This document shows, one piece after another, positions 55,401 through 64,000 of a stretch of 64,000 bases of DNA. The translations under genes and the position numbers were made by a program. The notes under the pieces were generated by a model, which worked only from the letters and a program-made list of their open reading frames with translations, did no database searches and had not been told where the DNA came from. Positions within the stretch are counted from its first letter, which is position 1; each line of letters opens with the position of its first letter. This stretch comes from an uncultured delta proteobacterium (lineage in GTDB: Bacteria > Bdellovibrionota_C > UBA2361 > OMII01), in the NCBI GenBank assembly GCA_903904735.1, contig CAIVDM010000143.1, forward strand, positions 15,272-79,271, given 5' to 3'.

Positions 55401-57641
55401 ATGCGCAGGTCTTTCCGTCTTTTTAGCCACATACTAATAGTTTCAGTTGTTTTCTTCTGCGCGGTTAATAGCTCACGCGCGCAATCAAAGACTCCAAAAC
55501 ACCGCCCGAAAATTGGACTCGTTCTCGCTGGAGGTGGCGCTCTCGGCATGGCGCACGTCGGCGTTCTTAAGGTGCTCGAAGCGAACCGAATCCCGGTGGA
55601 TATCATCACCGGCACCAGTATGGGTTCTATCGTTGGAGCGGGATACGCTTCTGGAGCGACCGTGCGAGAGATGGAGGAGATTCTATCCGAGACCGATTGG
55701 GATGCCCTCTTTAACGAAACCCTTTCCCGTCAGGATGTCGAGTATCGGTCGAAATATGGTCGCGGCGGACAGTTTCTCGGCGACGCTAAGATCGGAGTGA
55801 CCGGAGGGGGTATTACGTCGTTTATGGGCGTTGTGAGTGGTCAAAACGTGCTTCCGCTTTTGCAGCGACTCTACTACCGAACGCCGGGGAACATAGACTT
55901 TGACAAGCTACCTATCCCATATAGAGCTATAGCCGCTGATATCGAAACCGGTCAGGCTGTGATACTGATCTCAGGCGACCTCGCGCGAGCCGCTCGCGCC
56001 AGCATGGCGGTTCCGGGATTCTTTACACCCGTGGAGATGGACGGCAAATACCTCGTCGACGGTGGTATCGCCAACAACCTGCCTGTGGACGTAGCCCTTG
56101 GCATGGGAGCGCAAAAGCTTATCGTTATCGATCTAGTCGCCGATCTAAAAGCCAAGAAAGAGCTAACAAGCATTCTCGGTATTTCGGGTCAGATTATCTC
56201 CCTCCTCCTCGCTCAGAACTCAGAACTTCAACGTAAGAATATGCGCAAAGGAGATCTTCTGCTCGAGCCGGATCTTAAGGGATACAGCACGACTGATTTT
56301 AATAAGGCTAATGAGATCTTCGCTAAAGGTGAGGCCGTAGCGCTCGCGAACGTGGAGCAATTACGTAAGTTTTCTATCTCCGAGACGGAATACAGAGAGT
56401 GGCAGCGGAGTCGCACTGGGACTCCAGTCGAAGCCCCGATCCTCACGGCGGTGACAGTGTCAACTGACTTACCCTCTGAGACCAAGTTGATCGAGTCGAC
56501 CTTCTCCGACCTCGTTGGCAAGCCTTTCGACGCCGCGGTCGTTGAGACGAAGATCAAGGAGCTGTCGACCGAGGGACATTCGGCATCGCTCACCTATCAG
56601 ATTGAGACGGACGACAAAGGTGAGGCGGTCATCGCCGTCGATAGCAAAAAACCGAAGTGGTACGACCAATACCTACAGGTCGGATTTTCTCTGCAAGACG
56701 ACTTTAAGGGGGACAGCGCGTATCAGTTGGCGCTTGGCGCGCGGTTTAACGGCCTTAACGAGGCAGGAGCGTTTCTTGATGTTCGTCTCGATATCGGATG
56801 GAGACCGATGCTAGAGCTGGACTACTACCAGCCACTCTACGAGAACAGCAACTACTTCATTAACCCAATAGCTACTCTCGATCGCTATCAGGTTCCAGTA
56901 CAGGTAGACCAAGACATCATCGCGGAGTACGAGCGAAACCGTTTCGTCGGAGGTCTCGGTCTCGGTCGCAAGCTCGGTAAGAGCGGAGAGCTTCAGGTGG
57001 GTATAGAGCGTGGAACAGGCCAGTTCTCGCGCCATATTGGTGACCCATCCCTTCCTGAAGGCTCGTACGAGATCGGCGATTACTTCGGTAAAATCAGCGT
57101 TGATTCGCGTGACACTCCTGATTTCCCGACAAAGGGAATCCTTTTTGACTTCAAGACGGCGCGAAACACCGAGAACCTCGGCTCGTCAGATGAATTCACT
57201 CAACTCTCCGGTACCACCCAACTCCCACTTACTTATGGGGTGAACACACTTACGCTGTCCACGGACTACGGCACGAATCTCGAGACCGTTCCCGCCAACC
57301 GCGTGTTTGTTCTTGGAGGAATGTTCGATATCGCCGGGTATCAGCCGGGAGGTCTCTCTGCGTCCGATTTCTTCGTGGGTCGAGTCACCTATTACCGAGA
57401 GCTCGCATCACTGGGAGGCACTTTTGCTAAGCTCAACCTCTTCGGCGGAGGAGAGATCGAGATGGCGTCACTTCGAAGCGATATCGCGCAGATTGAGGAT
57501 GATACGGGTCTGGTCGGAGGATTGCTGTTCGTGGGAGCTGATACACCACTGCTTCCGATTTATGTAGCGGCGGGTACCAATAACGACCATCAGTCCGCGG
57601 TATATTTGAACGTTGGGCGGATATTTAAGGCCAGAAAGTAG
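55401..57641 (+). CDS. Patatin-like phospholipase fused to a POTRA/Omp85-type beta-barrel (PlpD-like, type Vd secretion architecture)
   Basis: GGAGG RBS, signal peptide MRRSFRLFSHILIVSVVFFCAVNSSRAQS, GLVLAGGGALG, GTSMGS (GxSxG), DGGIANNLP (Asp dyad), and a long beta-rich C-terminal half. Confidence 0.9.
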   Translation: MRRSFRLFSHILIVSVVFFCAVNSSRAQSKTPKHRPKIGLVLAGGGALGMAHVGVLKVLEANRIPVDIITGTSMGSIVGAGYASGATVREMEEILSETDWDALFNETLSRQDVEYRSKYGRGGQFLGDAKIGVTGGGITSFMGVVSGQNVLPLLQRLYYRTPGNIDFDKLPIPYRAIAADIETGQAVILISGDLARAARASMAVPGFFTPVEMDGKYLVDGGIANNLPVDVALGMGAQKLIVIDLVADLKAKKELTSILGISGQIISLLLAQNSELQRKNMRKGDLLLEPDLKGYSTTDFNKANEIFAKGEAVALANVEQLRKFSISETEYREWQRSRTGTPVEAPILTAVTVSTDLPSETKLIESTFSDLVGKPFDAAVVETKIKELSTEGHSASLTYQIETDDKGEAVIAVDSKKPKWYDQYLQVGFSLQDDFKGDSAYQLALGARFNGLNEAGAFLDVRLDIGWRPMLELDYYQPLYENSNYFINPIATLDRYQVPVQVDQDIIAEYERNRFVGGLGLGRKLGKSGELQVGIERGTGQFSRHIGDPSLPEGSYEIGDYFGKISVDSRDTPDFPTKGILFDFKTARNTENLGSSDEFTQLSGTTQLPLTYGVNTLTLSTDYGTNLETVPANRVFVLGGMFDIAGYQPGGLSASDFFVGRVTYYRELASLGGTFAKLNLFGGGEIEMASLRSDIAQIEDDTGLVGGLLFVGADTPLLPIYVAAGTNNDHQSAVYLNVGRIFKARK

Positions 57642-57766
57642 CGGATTATCGTCGACTACTCGTCAGCTGAGGGATACCGAAATTGTTCATCGGATCGCTT
57701 GGTGACAGCGAAGACTCTTTCAGAGAAATGTCGGTTGCCTGGAAAAAGACTACGTTGCGTAACGCG

Positions 57767-58453
57767 CTAAGGTGTCCCGACCGATACCTCTACTGTGCCA
57801 TCCTTGACTATCAGAGAGCGAATAGCGCTAACGTAGGGTTTCTCCTGTGCGCCGTCGGTGTTTTCCATCGAGGTCGCGTTGATAGCTCCGGATACCCACT
57901 GACTCGCGTGTCCTCTCGCCATATCCTCAAGCGTATGTCCATTCAGATTGAGTTCTGTGAAATTCACTGAGGCCACACCGTTATTGACCGAGACCTTTGC
58001 CTTGCAAGACCCGTTAAAAAACCGATGATAAGCGCTACCGAGAACAAGCTCGGCAGCTCGCCACTCACCGAACAACGACGGTGAGAAGGCAAACTGAGCC
58101 GAAACGTCTTCGCCAGCGAGCTCAACTCGCACCGCGTCCCTCGCGATTGATCTTGAGATCAGAGCGTTAAGTTCGGCTTCTGAAAAAGTCTGCCGCGACG
58201 CTGTCGTTTGAGCGATTGACTCTCGCACGGCTGCCAGCTTCGTCAGCGCGGCATCACTGACCGCGCTATCAACCACGATCGGTGGCAGAGCCGGCGGCTG
58301 TTCCGCGCTATATTCCTTAAAGGCGGCGCGAAGGCTGGTGACGTAATAGTAGCCGAGCCCTCCAAATACAACTATAGAGAGGAGAAGCGCAAATCCACAT
58401 CCGTATGTGAAACAACCAAAGCGAGCGCCGCCGCCCGAAGTCTTCTTATTCAT
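57767..58453 (-). CDS. Hypothetical membrane-anchored protein (228 aa)
   Basis: N-terminal TM segment FALLLSIVVFGGLGYYYV. AAGGA/CAGGA lies upstream of the ATG. Confidence 0.55.
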   Translation of the reverse strand: MNKKTSGGGARFGCFTYGCGFALLLSIVVFGGLGYYYVTSLRAAFKEYSAEQPPALPPIVVDSAVSDAALTKLAAVRESIAQTTASRQTFSEAELNALISRSIARDAVRVELAGEDVSAQFAFSPSLFGEWRAAELVLGSAYHRFFNGSCKAKVSVNNGVASVNFTELNLNGHTLEDMARGHASQWVSGAINATSMENTDGAQEKPYVSAIRSLIVKDGTVEVSVGTP

Positions 58454-58471
58454 TTCCTGATCCTTACCGAA

Positions 58472-58684
58472 TTATGGCTTGAGAATTGCGTCTGCGTCTC
58501 GCTTGAAGGCGCACGCCCGCACCGCGCTAAGGTCTTCAACTCCGAGAGCGTTGCCACACTTTACGCAGTTATCCATCGTCGAGAAGATCTCACCTTGCGC
58601 TTGCCACTGCTTGCACTGGTCATCTACCGCGACCGAACACCCAGTGAGCCCAACCATAAAAGATAGAAAGAGAAATGTTTTCAT
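58472..58684 (-). CDS. Small Cys-rich lipoprotein (70 aa)
   Basis: Lipobox MKTFLFLSFMVGLTGC. Five further Cys residues. Confidence 0.55.
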   Translation of the reverse strand: MKTFLFLSFMVGLTGCSVAVDDQCKQWQAQGEIFSTMDNCVKCGNALGVEDLSAVRACAFKRDADAILKP

Positions 58685-58728
58685 GAGCTGAAACCTACCA
58701 CAAAAGCTCTTTCAGACAAGACGGTGTA

Positions 58729-61506
58729 TCATTCCTCGAGCGCCTTAAGCAGCTCTTGTCTGGTGATTCCCGTGGAGCCTTCCTTCTCAGAAGATTCGTA
58801 GTCCCCTAGGACCTGCGCCTGCCCCTGCTCTTTTCGCCTCAGATTCCAATGAATAATCTCGTCTACTTTACAACCGAGAAGCGAGATGATGTTGACCGTT
58901 CCGCGTTGACCGATACGGTGGAGTCGGTCAACTGATTGCATCCAGTGCTCGGCGTTCCATGTCTTATCGATATACACAGCGGTCTGCGCGGCCGTTAGGG
59001 TTATGCCCACGCCGCCAGCGGCTGGCACGGCTACGAGCATCTTCGGAGAATCGCCACTCTGAAACCCCCTAATCGTCGCCTCGCGCTCTGAGGGGCTCAC
59101 TTCGCCGCTAAACGGAGCGGCGCCAAGATCCTTATACCGCTCACATAGCTCCGCTACGTTCCCAAGGTAGTTGGTCCACACCACGATCTTCTGCCCCTCT
59201 TGGCGCACAACCTCCTCGACAATCTCATCGAGCTCGAGAAACTTAGCTGGCTCCCCCTTCCACTCTGGGTCTATAAGGCGTGGGTTAGACGATACCTGCA
59301 CCGCGCGCAGGTACTCCTCAAGAATATTCGTGATATCCCGCGTAAACTGCTCACCAGAGAGCGACCGCATTCGGAGGATTAACCCCTCGCGAATCTCGTC
59401 GTAGCGCTCACGCTGAGAGCCGACCAATTCAACCTCTCTCAGTGAGAATGTCTTTGGCGGTAAGTTGACGACACGTTCCTTTCGGCGTCGAAGCATGATC
59501 TCGTGAACCCGACACACGCTCTCCTGAACCTCGGCCTCATGGAATTTCTTGACCGCGAATTGACTATACTCAGTGCCTAGCTCCGCCACTGTATGAAGCC
59601 ACTTATAGTAACTACGCCCAAAACGCTCTCCACCATCGAGGATTCGCATCTGCGCCCACAGATCAGTGACATCCTTTGGCATCGGAGTTCCACTCAATAG
59701 TACCCGTCGATCGCACCCAGGCGCGATGGAACTAATCGCCTTGAAGGTCTTCGCGGTAGGATTCTTCACGCGCTGCGATTCATCGAGACACAGCAAGGTC
59801 TTTCGCTCCGACACTAACTTTTGAAGCTCTGGAGCGATGTAATCGAGTCGTACCGCCTCGTAATTGACCACCAAAACATCCTGTTCCAGCGCGCCCGAAT
59901 TCAGCAGACAGAGAGACCACGATTTCGCCGCTTTATCGCCCGCGAGGACCGTCGCGCGAAGATCGGGAAACCACATCGTCGCCTCTCGCACCCAATTTCG
60001 AGTGAGGGAATTGGGACACACAACAAGCAATAGCGTAAAATCGTCAGAACTCTTTAGGCTGGAGAAGTACGAGAGCACAGACAAGGTCTTTCCCAAGCCC
60101 ATGTCATCGCCTAGGAAGGCATACGGGGTATCTCGGAGCCACTGCACGGCGATCCGCTGATGCGGGAACAGCCGAGCTGCCGCCTCGGGAGCGAGTCCGG
60201 ACCCCACTGAAGAGTCAACATCCTCGAGTGTGGAAAAATAGGACACCTTTTCGCGCAGCCGTACACGCGCGCGAACCTCGCTGACGAGACTCTCAAACGA
60301 CTCACTACGCGGCACGGTGCCCAGCGAATGTTGCTGACATATCGTCTCAACTTCTCCTAGCGCTGAAAGCAATCGAGAGTCTGGCACCTCAATAGTCAAA
60401 CTCTCCGCCACATCCGCGTACTCGGTAGCCAAGACCTCTTCTAGCCGCGACCTAAGCAGGTCGCGAGCCTCTGATTCTTTTGGTAGGTTCACCACGAACT
60501 GAGCGCGCTTCCTCTCAGAGGTCCTCCATAAAAGCGGCACCGTCACTATATCGGCGGCGATATCGTCAAGCGCGCCGTGGCTCGTCTCAAGCTCCATCGC
60601 CAGCTGATTTCTGCGATCTCTAATTCGCTCGTGCACCTCGCGTGTCAGCCATACAGGGAAAGCTAATCCCGCTCGTCGGGCGAAAAACCGTAGCAAGCCA
60701 CGGTCATCAAGCAAAAACACCTTGCCCGCCTGCCTCCGCACACCTGGAAACGCCTGGGCGAACTGCTCGGTCGTGAAGTAACACGGACGGAACCCCACGT
60801 CAGTTCCCGTGGACTCAGTGATGAAGGGAGTGAGTAGCGCCGCGGAAAGCTCATCCGCTCCCGCGCTCTCCGGGTTTAGCGCGATCTCTTTACGCAGGGA
60901 CGCGGAGCCTGAGAGAGCCGCACCGGCGCTTGCGTCAAAGCCAAAGAGAACCTGTTTGTCGCGGAGTTTCTTGAGCAATTCAGCAGTGCGCTCAACGGGG
61001 AGAATAAAGGCATTATCGAACGCCGAGAACGTGGCTCCTGGAAACTTCTTTAAAACCTTATGCGCGTTTGACCCAAAGCGAGGGACAAAACGAACTCGCC
61101 GTTTCTCGGGGGCGAATCGAACGATGAGGTCAAAGACGAACGCCGCGAGGACCTCCTCGCGAACAAGGAACGGATCCCGGCGCACCTCCTGTAACGCGTC
61201 TTCGGGTGTCAGTGGAACAACACCCTCTACACCCAGCGCATTAAGAATACCGTTAGAAGGAAAATCCTTTAGCGCCAAGAGTTCGCTAAGCCGCTCCAGG
61301 GGCAGCGACCAGCTTTTATCGGCCGGATTGTACCTTGCTCCCGTAAGTCCCTTAATCGCTCGCACTCGTTCCGGCGAATACTGAAAATCAACTTTGAGAA
61401 TGCCACCATCCCCAAAGATGGATGCGACCGCTCCGGCCTGACGACGCCAGGGCGGCATAGGGCTCTTCTTTCGTTTAGTGGGGGGCTTTGCGACCATGTC
61501 GTGCAT
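58729..61506 (-). CDS. SNF2-family helicase with two HARP-like N-terminal repeats
   Basis: LFPHQRIAVQW, DDMGLGKT, LCLDESQRVKN, LLSGTPMPKD, QSVDRLHRIGQ. The N-terminal repeats are described in findings. Start uncertain: ATG at 61506 or 61497; the track ORF extends to 61632. Confidence 0.9.
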   Translation of the reverse strand: MHDMVAKPPTKRKKSPMPPWRRQAGAVASIFGDGGILKVDFQYSPERVRAIKGLTGARYNPADKSWSLPLERLSELLALKDFPSNGILNALGVEGVVPLTPEDALQEVRRDPFLVREEVLAAFVFDLIVRFAPEKRRVRFVPRFGSNAHKVLKKFPGATFSAFDNAFILPVERTAELLKKLRDKQVLFGFDASAGAALSGSASLRKEIALNPESAGADELSAALLTPFITESTGTDVGFRPCYFTTEQFAQAFPGVRRQAGKVFLLDDRGLLRFFARRAGLAFPVWLTREVHERIRDRRNQLAMELETSHGALDDIAADIVTVPLLWRTSERKRAQFVVNLPKESEARDLLRSRLEEVLATEYADVAESLTIEVPDSRLLSALGEVETICQQHSLGTVPRSESFESLVSEVRARVRLREKVSYFSTLEDVDSSVGSGLAPEAAARLFPHQRIAVQWLRDTPYAFLGDDMGLGKTLSVLSYFSSLKSSDDFTLLLVVCPNSLTRNWVREATMWFPDLRATVLAGDKAAKSWSLCLLNSGALEQDVLVVNYEAVRLDYIAPELQKLVSERKTLLCLDESQRVKNPTAKTFKAISSIAPGCDRRVLLSGTPMPKDVTDLWAQMRILDGGERFGRSYYKWLHTVAELGTEYSQFAVKKFHEAEVQESVCRVHEIMLRRRKERVVNLPPKTFSLREVELVGSQRERYDEIREGLILRMRSLSGEQFTRDITNILEEYLRAVQVSSNPRLIDPEWKGEPAKFLELDEIVEEVVRQEGQKIVVWTNYLGNVAELCERYKDLGAAPFSGEVSPSEREATIRGFQSGDSPKMLVAVPAAGGVGITLTAAQTAVYIDKTWNAEHWMQSVDRLHRIGQRGTVNIISLLGCKVDEIIHWNLRRKEQGQAQVLGDYESSEKEGSTGITRQELLKALEE

Positions 61507-61670
61507 CCTGACACAGTTATGGTGCTCGAAACACCCCCGTGCCGACAGGCTTAAGGGGCGGTGCGCCACCGTCGTGTCTGTGCAATAATCGTCTGGCGCT
61601 CGATAAAGTTGCGTGGAGCGCTGTGGTGTCATGATTTTTCTTTACCCACTCCCTCGTTGACGGCAGGACT

Positions 61671-62747
61671 ATGTCTTCTCTTTCAATTTCATCCCTCTCC
61701 AAGTCGTTTGGCGCAGGTCATGTGCTCAACGCGCTGTCACTTGAGATCGCGTCCGGAGAGTTTTTCTTCCTGCTGGGTCCATCAGGCTGCGGTAAGTCGA
61801 CACTTCTACGGATTATCGCCGGGCTCGAATCAGCGGATAATGGAACGATCTCGATCGATGGCGTGGTAGTCGATGGTGTCCCACCTCAGCGGCGTGGCAT
61901 CGGAATGGTGTTCCAGCAGTACGCGCTCTGGCCCCATATGACCATTACTCAAAACATCCGTTACGGTCTGGAGAATTTACCGCTCACGAACCGGGAACGG
62001 GACTCACGGGTCAAAGAGGCGCTCTCACTGGTTCGAATGGAGGTGTTCGCTGACCGCTATCCTCACCAGATCTCAGGCGGTCAACAACAGCGCATCGCCC
62101 TCGCGCGCGCCCTCGCTATAGAGCCATCTATTATCCTTCTTGATGAGCCCCTCTCTAACCTAGACGCGGGCTTGCGTCAGGAGATTCGAGAAGAGCTCGC
62201 CGACCTTCATCGCCGATTAGGAACAACGATGATTTACGTCACGCATGATCAGGACGACGCGTTGTCTCTCGGTAGCCGCATCGCGGTGTTGAATAATGGC
62301 TCCATCGAGCAGGTTGGCTCGCCAGTTGAGCTCTATTCAAAGCCGACTTCGCTTTTCTGCGCCCGCTTTCTTGGTGAGGCGAACATAATTCCTTGCTCCA
62401 TATCTCGCGAGGGCGCGACGCACGCAAGCCTCTTGGGCGATGAGAAGCTGCGCATCGCTCTTTCGCCAGACACAACCGCCGAGGCTAACACATCCGGATA
62501 CCTTTGCCTTCGCCCCGAGCGTATCTCCATCGGCCGCCCCCCTCGTCAAGTAGACGTGGCGTCTGTGCCGGCGCAGATCGTTCGGCGCTCGTTTCGCGGC
62601 GCTCGATACGACGTCACTCTTCGGGTAGGCAGCGATTGTCATATTCGAGCTTTTGAATCAGCCGCTTCGCCACAGGAGCTCCAGCCCATCGGCGCGGAGA
62701 TTCAGGCGTTCTGGGAGCCGAGCAGCGCCATGTTTTTGGAGCGGTAG
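61671..62747 (+). CDS. ABC transporter ATP-binding protein (Fe3+/polyamine importer type)
   Basis: GPSGCGKST, LSGGQQQRIALARAL, ILLLDEPLSNLD, plus a C-terminal TOBE-like region. Confidence 0.9.
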   Translation: MSSLSISSLSKSFGAGHVLNALSLEIASGEFFFLLGPSGCGKSTLLRIIAGLESADNGTISIDGVVVDGVPPQRRGIGMVFQQYALWPHMTITQNIRYGLENLPLTNRERDSRVKEALSLVRMEVFADRYPHQISGGQQQRIALARALAIEPSIILLDEPLSNLDAGLRQEIREELADLHRRLGTTMIYVTHDQDDALSLGSRIAVLNNGSIEQVGSPVELYSKPTSLFCARFLGEANIIPCSISREGATHASLLGDEKLRIALSPDTTAEANTSGYLCLRPERISIGRPPRQVDVASVPAQIVRRSFRGARYDVTLRVGSDCHIRAFESAASPQELQPIGAEIQAFWEPSSAMFLER

Positions 62748-62799
62748 TCAGTATGCCATACTCACCACGAGCTTCTCGAAAGGCGCATGAGGCACAATC

Positions 62800-64000
62800 G
62801 TGAAGAAAACGCCGCTTTACACCTTTCTCCTACTCGCTTTTTTCATCACCTTTATGATGTATCCCTTAGGCTATGTCCTTAAGGGCGCCTTTATCTGGAA
62901 CAGCCATCTCTCGTTTCACTTCTTTGGTGTGATGTTCCGAACTGACTTCTATCGACACGTAATCTTTAATTCTTTTAACCTCGCTATCACGGTCACGCTT
63001 CTGTGCACATGTTTGGCGTATCCACTGGCGCTCCTGCTTTCTCGAGCTCGAATCCCGTTCTATGGGCCTCTTCACGCGCTTTTGCTCCTTCCTCTCATTT
63101 CGCCTCCCTTTGTTGGCGTTCTGGGCATAAGACAGCTCCTTAGTCGGTTCGGCAGCTTGAACGTTTTCTTGCTGGACGCCGGAATTATAGCCGAACCTAT
63201 AAACTGGCTGGGCGGTGGCAACCGTCTTGGTATCGTGGTGCTGCAGGTCATTCACCTCGTTCCCTTACTTTACTTAACCATCAGCGCCTCATTAAAGAAC
63301 GCTCATGTTACCCTTGAGGAAGCGGCGCTCATGAGCGGCGCCTCTCGGTGGCGAGTCTTGAGATCTATTACCATTCCGCTCTCGCTCCCTGGATGGTTCG
63401 CTGGCGCCACACTCGTCTTCATCGCTAGCTTTACGGATCTCGGCACTCCGCTCGTCTTTGAGTATCGAAACGTCATCTCTGTTCAGATCTACAATATGCT
63501 CTCTGATTTGAACGAGAACCCAGTAGGATATTCCTTTGTGGTGTTTACCTGCTTTCTGTCTGTCGCGCTTTTCAACATCTCCAAAGTCAGTGTCATGACG
63601 GGCGGCTTCTCTGGTACTGGACGGGGTCGAGAGGGAGGCGCTAATCGACAGCTCGCGACGCCGCTCGCGTTGCTTGCTCTGGCGATCGCCCTGAGTTATG
63701 CCCTTCTCGCCTGCGTACCACAGGTGATGGTATTGGCTCTCGCCTGTTCCCGGGACTGGTTTATGTCGATCCTTCCGCAGACATGGACTGCCCATCACCT
63801 GATTGAGGTTCTCTATCATCCACTTACAGCCAGAAGTCTCGTGATCAGCACGGTGTTGAGCCTCATCGCGAGCGGTCTTACGGTCATAATCGGCATGTTG
63901 ACGGCGTTTCGTATTCGTCGCGGTCGAGGCTTTCAACGACAGCTGTTTGAGGCTCTGTCTCTCATACCATTGGCGGTTCCAGGGATAGTATTCGCGTTTG
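62800..64000 (+). CDS. ABC transporter permease (two-module FbpB/iron(III)-type). The 3' end is partial and runs off the window end.
   Basis: Absent from the ORF track because there is no stop in the window. Manual translation from GTG 62800 gives VKKTPLYTFLLLAFFITFMMYPLGYVL... with the EAA loop LEEAALMSGASRWRVLRSITIPL. A second permease module begins near the window end. Confidence 0.85.
   Translation, partial: MKKTPLYTFLLLAFFITFMMYPLGYVLKGAFIWNSHLSFHFFGVMFRTDFYRHVIFNSFNLAITVTLLCTCLAYPLALLLSRARIPFYGPLHALLLLPLISPPFVGVLGIRQLLSRFGSLNVFLLDAGIIAEPINWLGGGNRLGIVVLQVIHLVPLLYLTISASLKNAHVTLEEAALMSGASRWRVLRSITIPLSLPGWFAGATLVFIASFTDLGTPLVFEYRNVISVQIYNMLSDLNENPVGYSFVVFTCFLSVALFNISKVSVMTGGFSGTGRGREGGANRQLATPLALLALAIALSYALLACVPQVMVLALACSRDWFMSILPQTWTAHHLIEVLYHPLTARSLVISTVLSLIASGLTVIIGMLTAFRIRRGRGFQRQLFEALSLIPLAVPGIVFAF

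Noticed and set aside
62866-63936. Two minus-strand ORFs (62866..63255 and 63292..63936) listed in the track
   Set aside because: They are antisense to a clear ABC permease reading frame on the plus strand (EAA loop, multiple TM segments). That frame is missing from the track only because it has no stop in the window. The antisense products are Arg/Lys/Glu-rich nonsense.
1-64000. Window-wide look for CRISPR arrays, rRNA, IS elements/transposases, prophage modules, toxin-antitoxin pairs and known defence gene combinations
   Set aside because: None was recognised by eye. The only recombinase is the lone integrase at 14523..15737. The SNF2 helicase has no nuclease or methylase partner.

Overview
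This is a 64-kb stretch of a moderately GC-rich bacterial chromosome. Lineage cannot be fixed from the sequence. The gene content is at least compatible with a Bdellovibrionota/Myxococcota-type 'delta' lineage (fused E1 alpha-beta dehydrogenase, eukaryote-type GH13 branching enzyme, HU with a Lys/Ala-rich tail), but that is inference only.

Most of the window is housekeeping, tightly packed, with many 4-8 nt gene overlaps:
- Purines: a long minus-strand operon ending in purB-purS-purQ, plus purN.
- Biotin: bioF and bioD, unlinked.
- Other core genes: acs, argH, tyrS, tcdA, cutA, rpmG, secG followed by tRNA-Leu(GAG), sppA, gmhA-like, a DEAD-box helicase, two acyl-CoA dehydrogenases, a tryptophanase/TPL-family lyase, glgB, and an Fe(III)/polyamine-type ABC transporter.

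Two large edge-truncated ORFs are missing from the supplied track and were recovered by manual translation:
- a more than 1340-aa secreted S8 protease at 1..4047 (-);
- an ABC permease at 62800..64000 (+).

Accessory-looking content:
- an orphan cluster of secreted and membrane proteins at about 5.3-10.3 kb;
- a lone tyrosine recombinase next to a signal-less outer-membrane-protein ORF;
- an SNF2 helicase with HARP-like N-terminal repeats;
- a PlpD-like patatin/Omp85 fusion.

I found no rRNA, CRISPR array, IS/transposase, prophage or recognisable defence island. I cannot claim a clear novel multi-gene system.

The observations I rate highest are:
1. a full-length P1B-type ATPase homolog with every catalytic signature degenerate, sitting between rpmG and secG;
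2. a Cys-His-His ketoacyl synthase translationally coupled to bioF;
3. a TyrRS whose HIGH motif reads QVGN;
4. the SNF2/HARP-like helicase.

All functional calls come from motif recognition by eye; no database search was possible.
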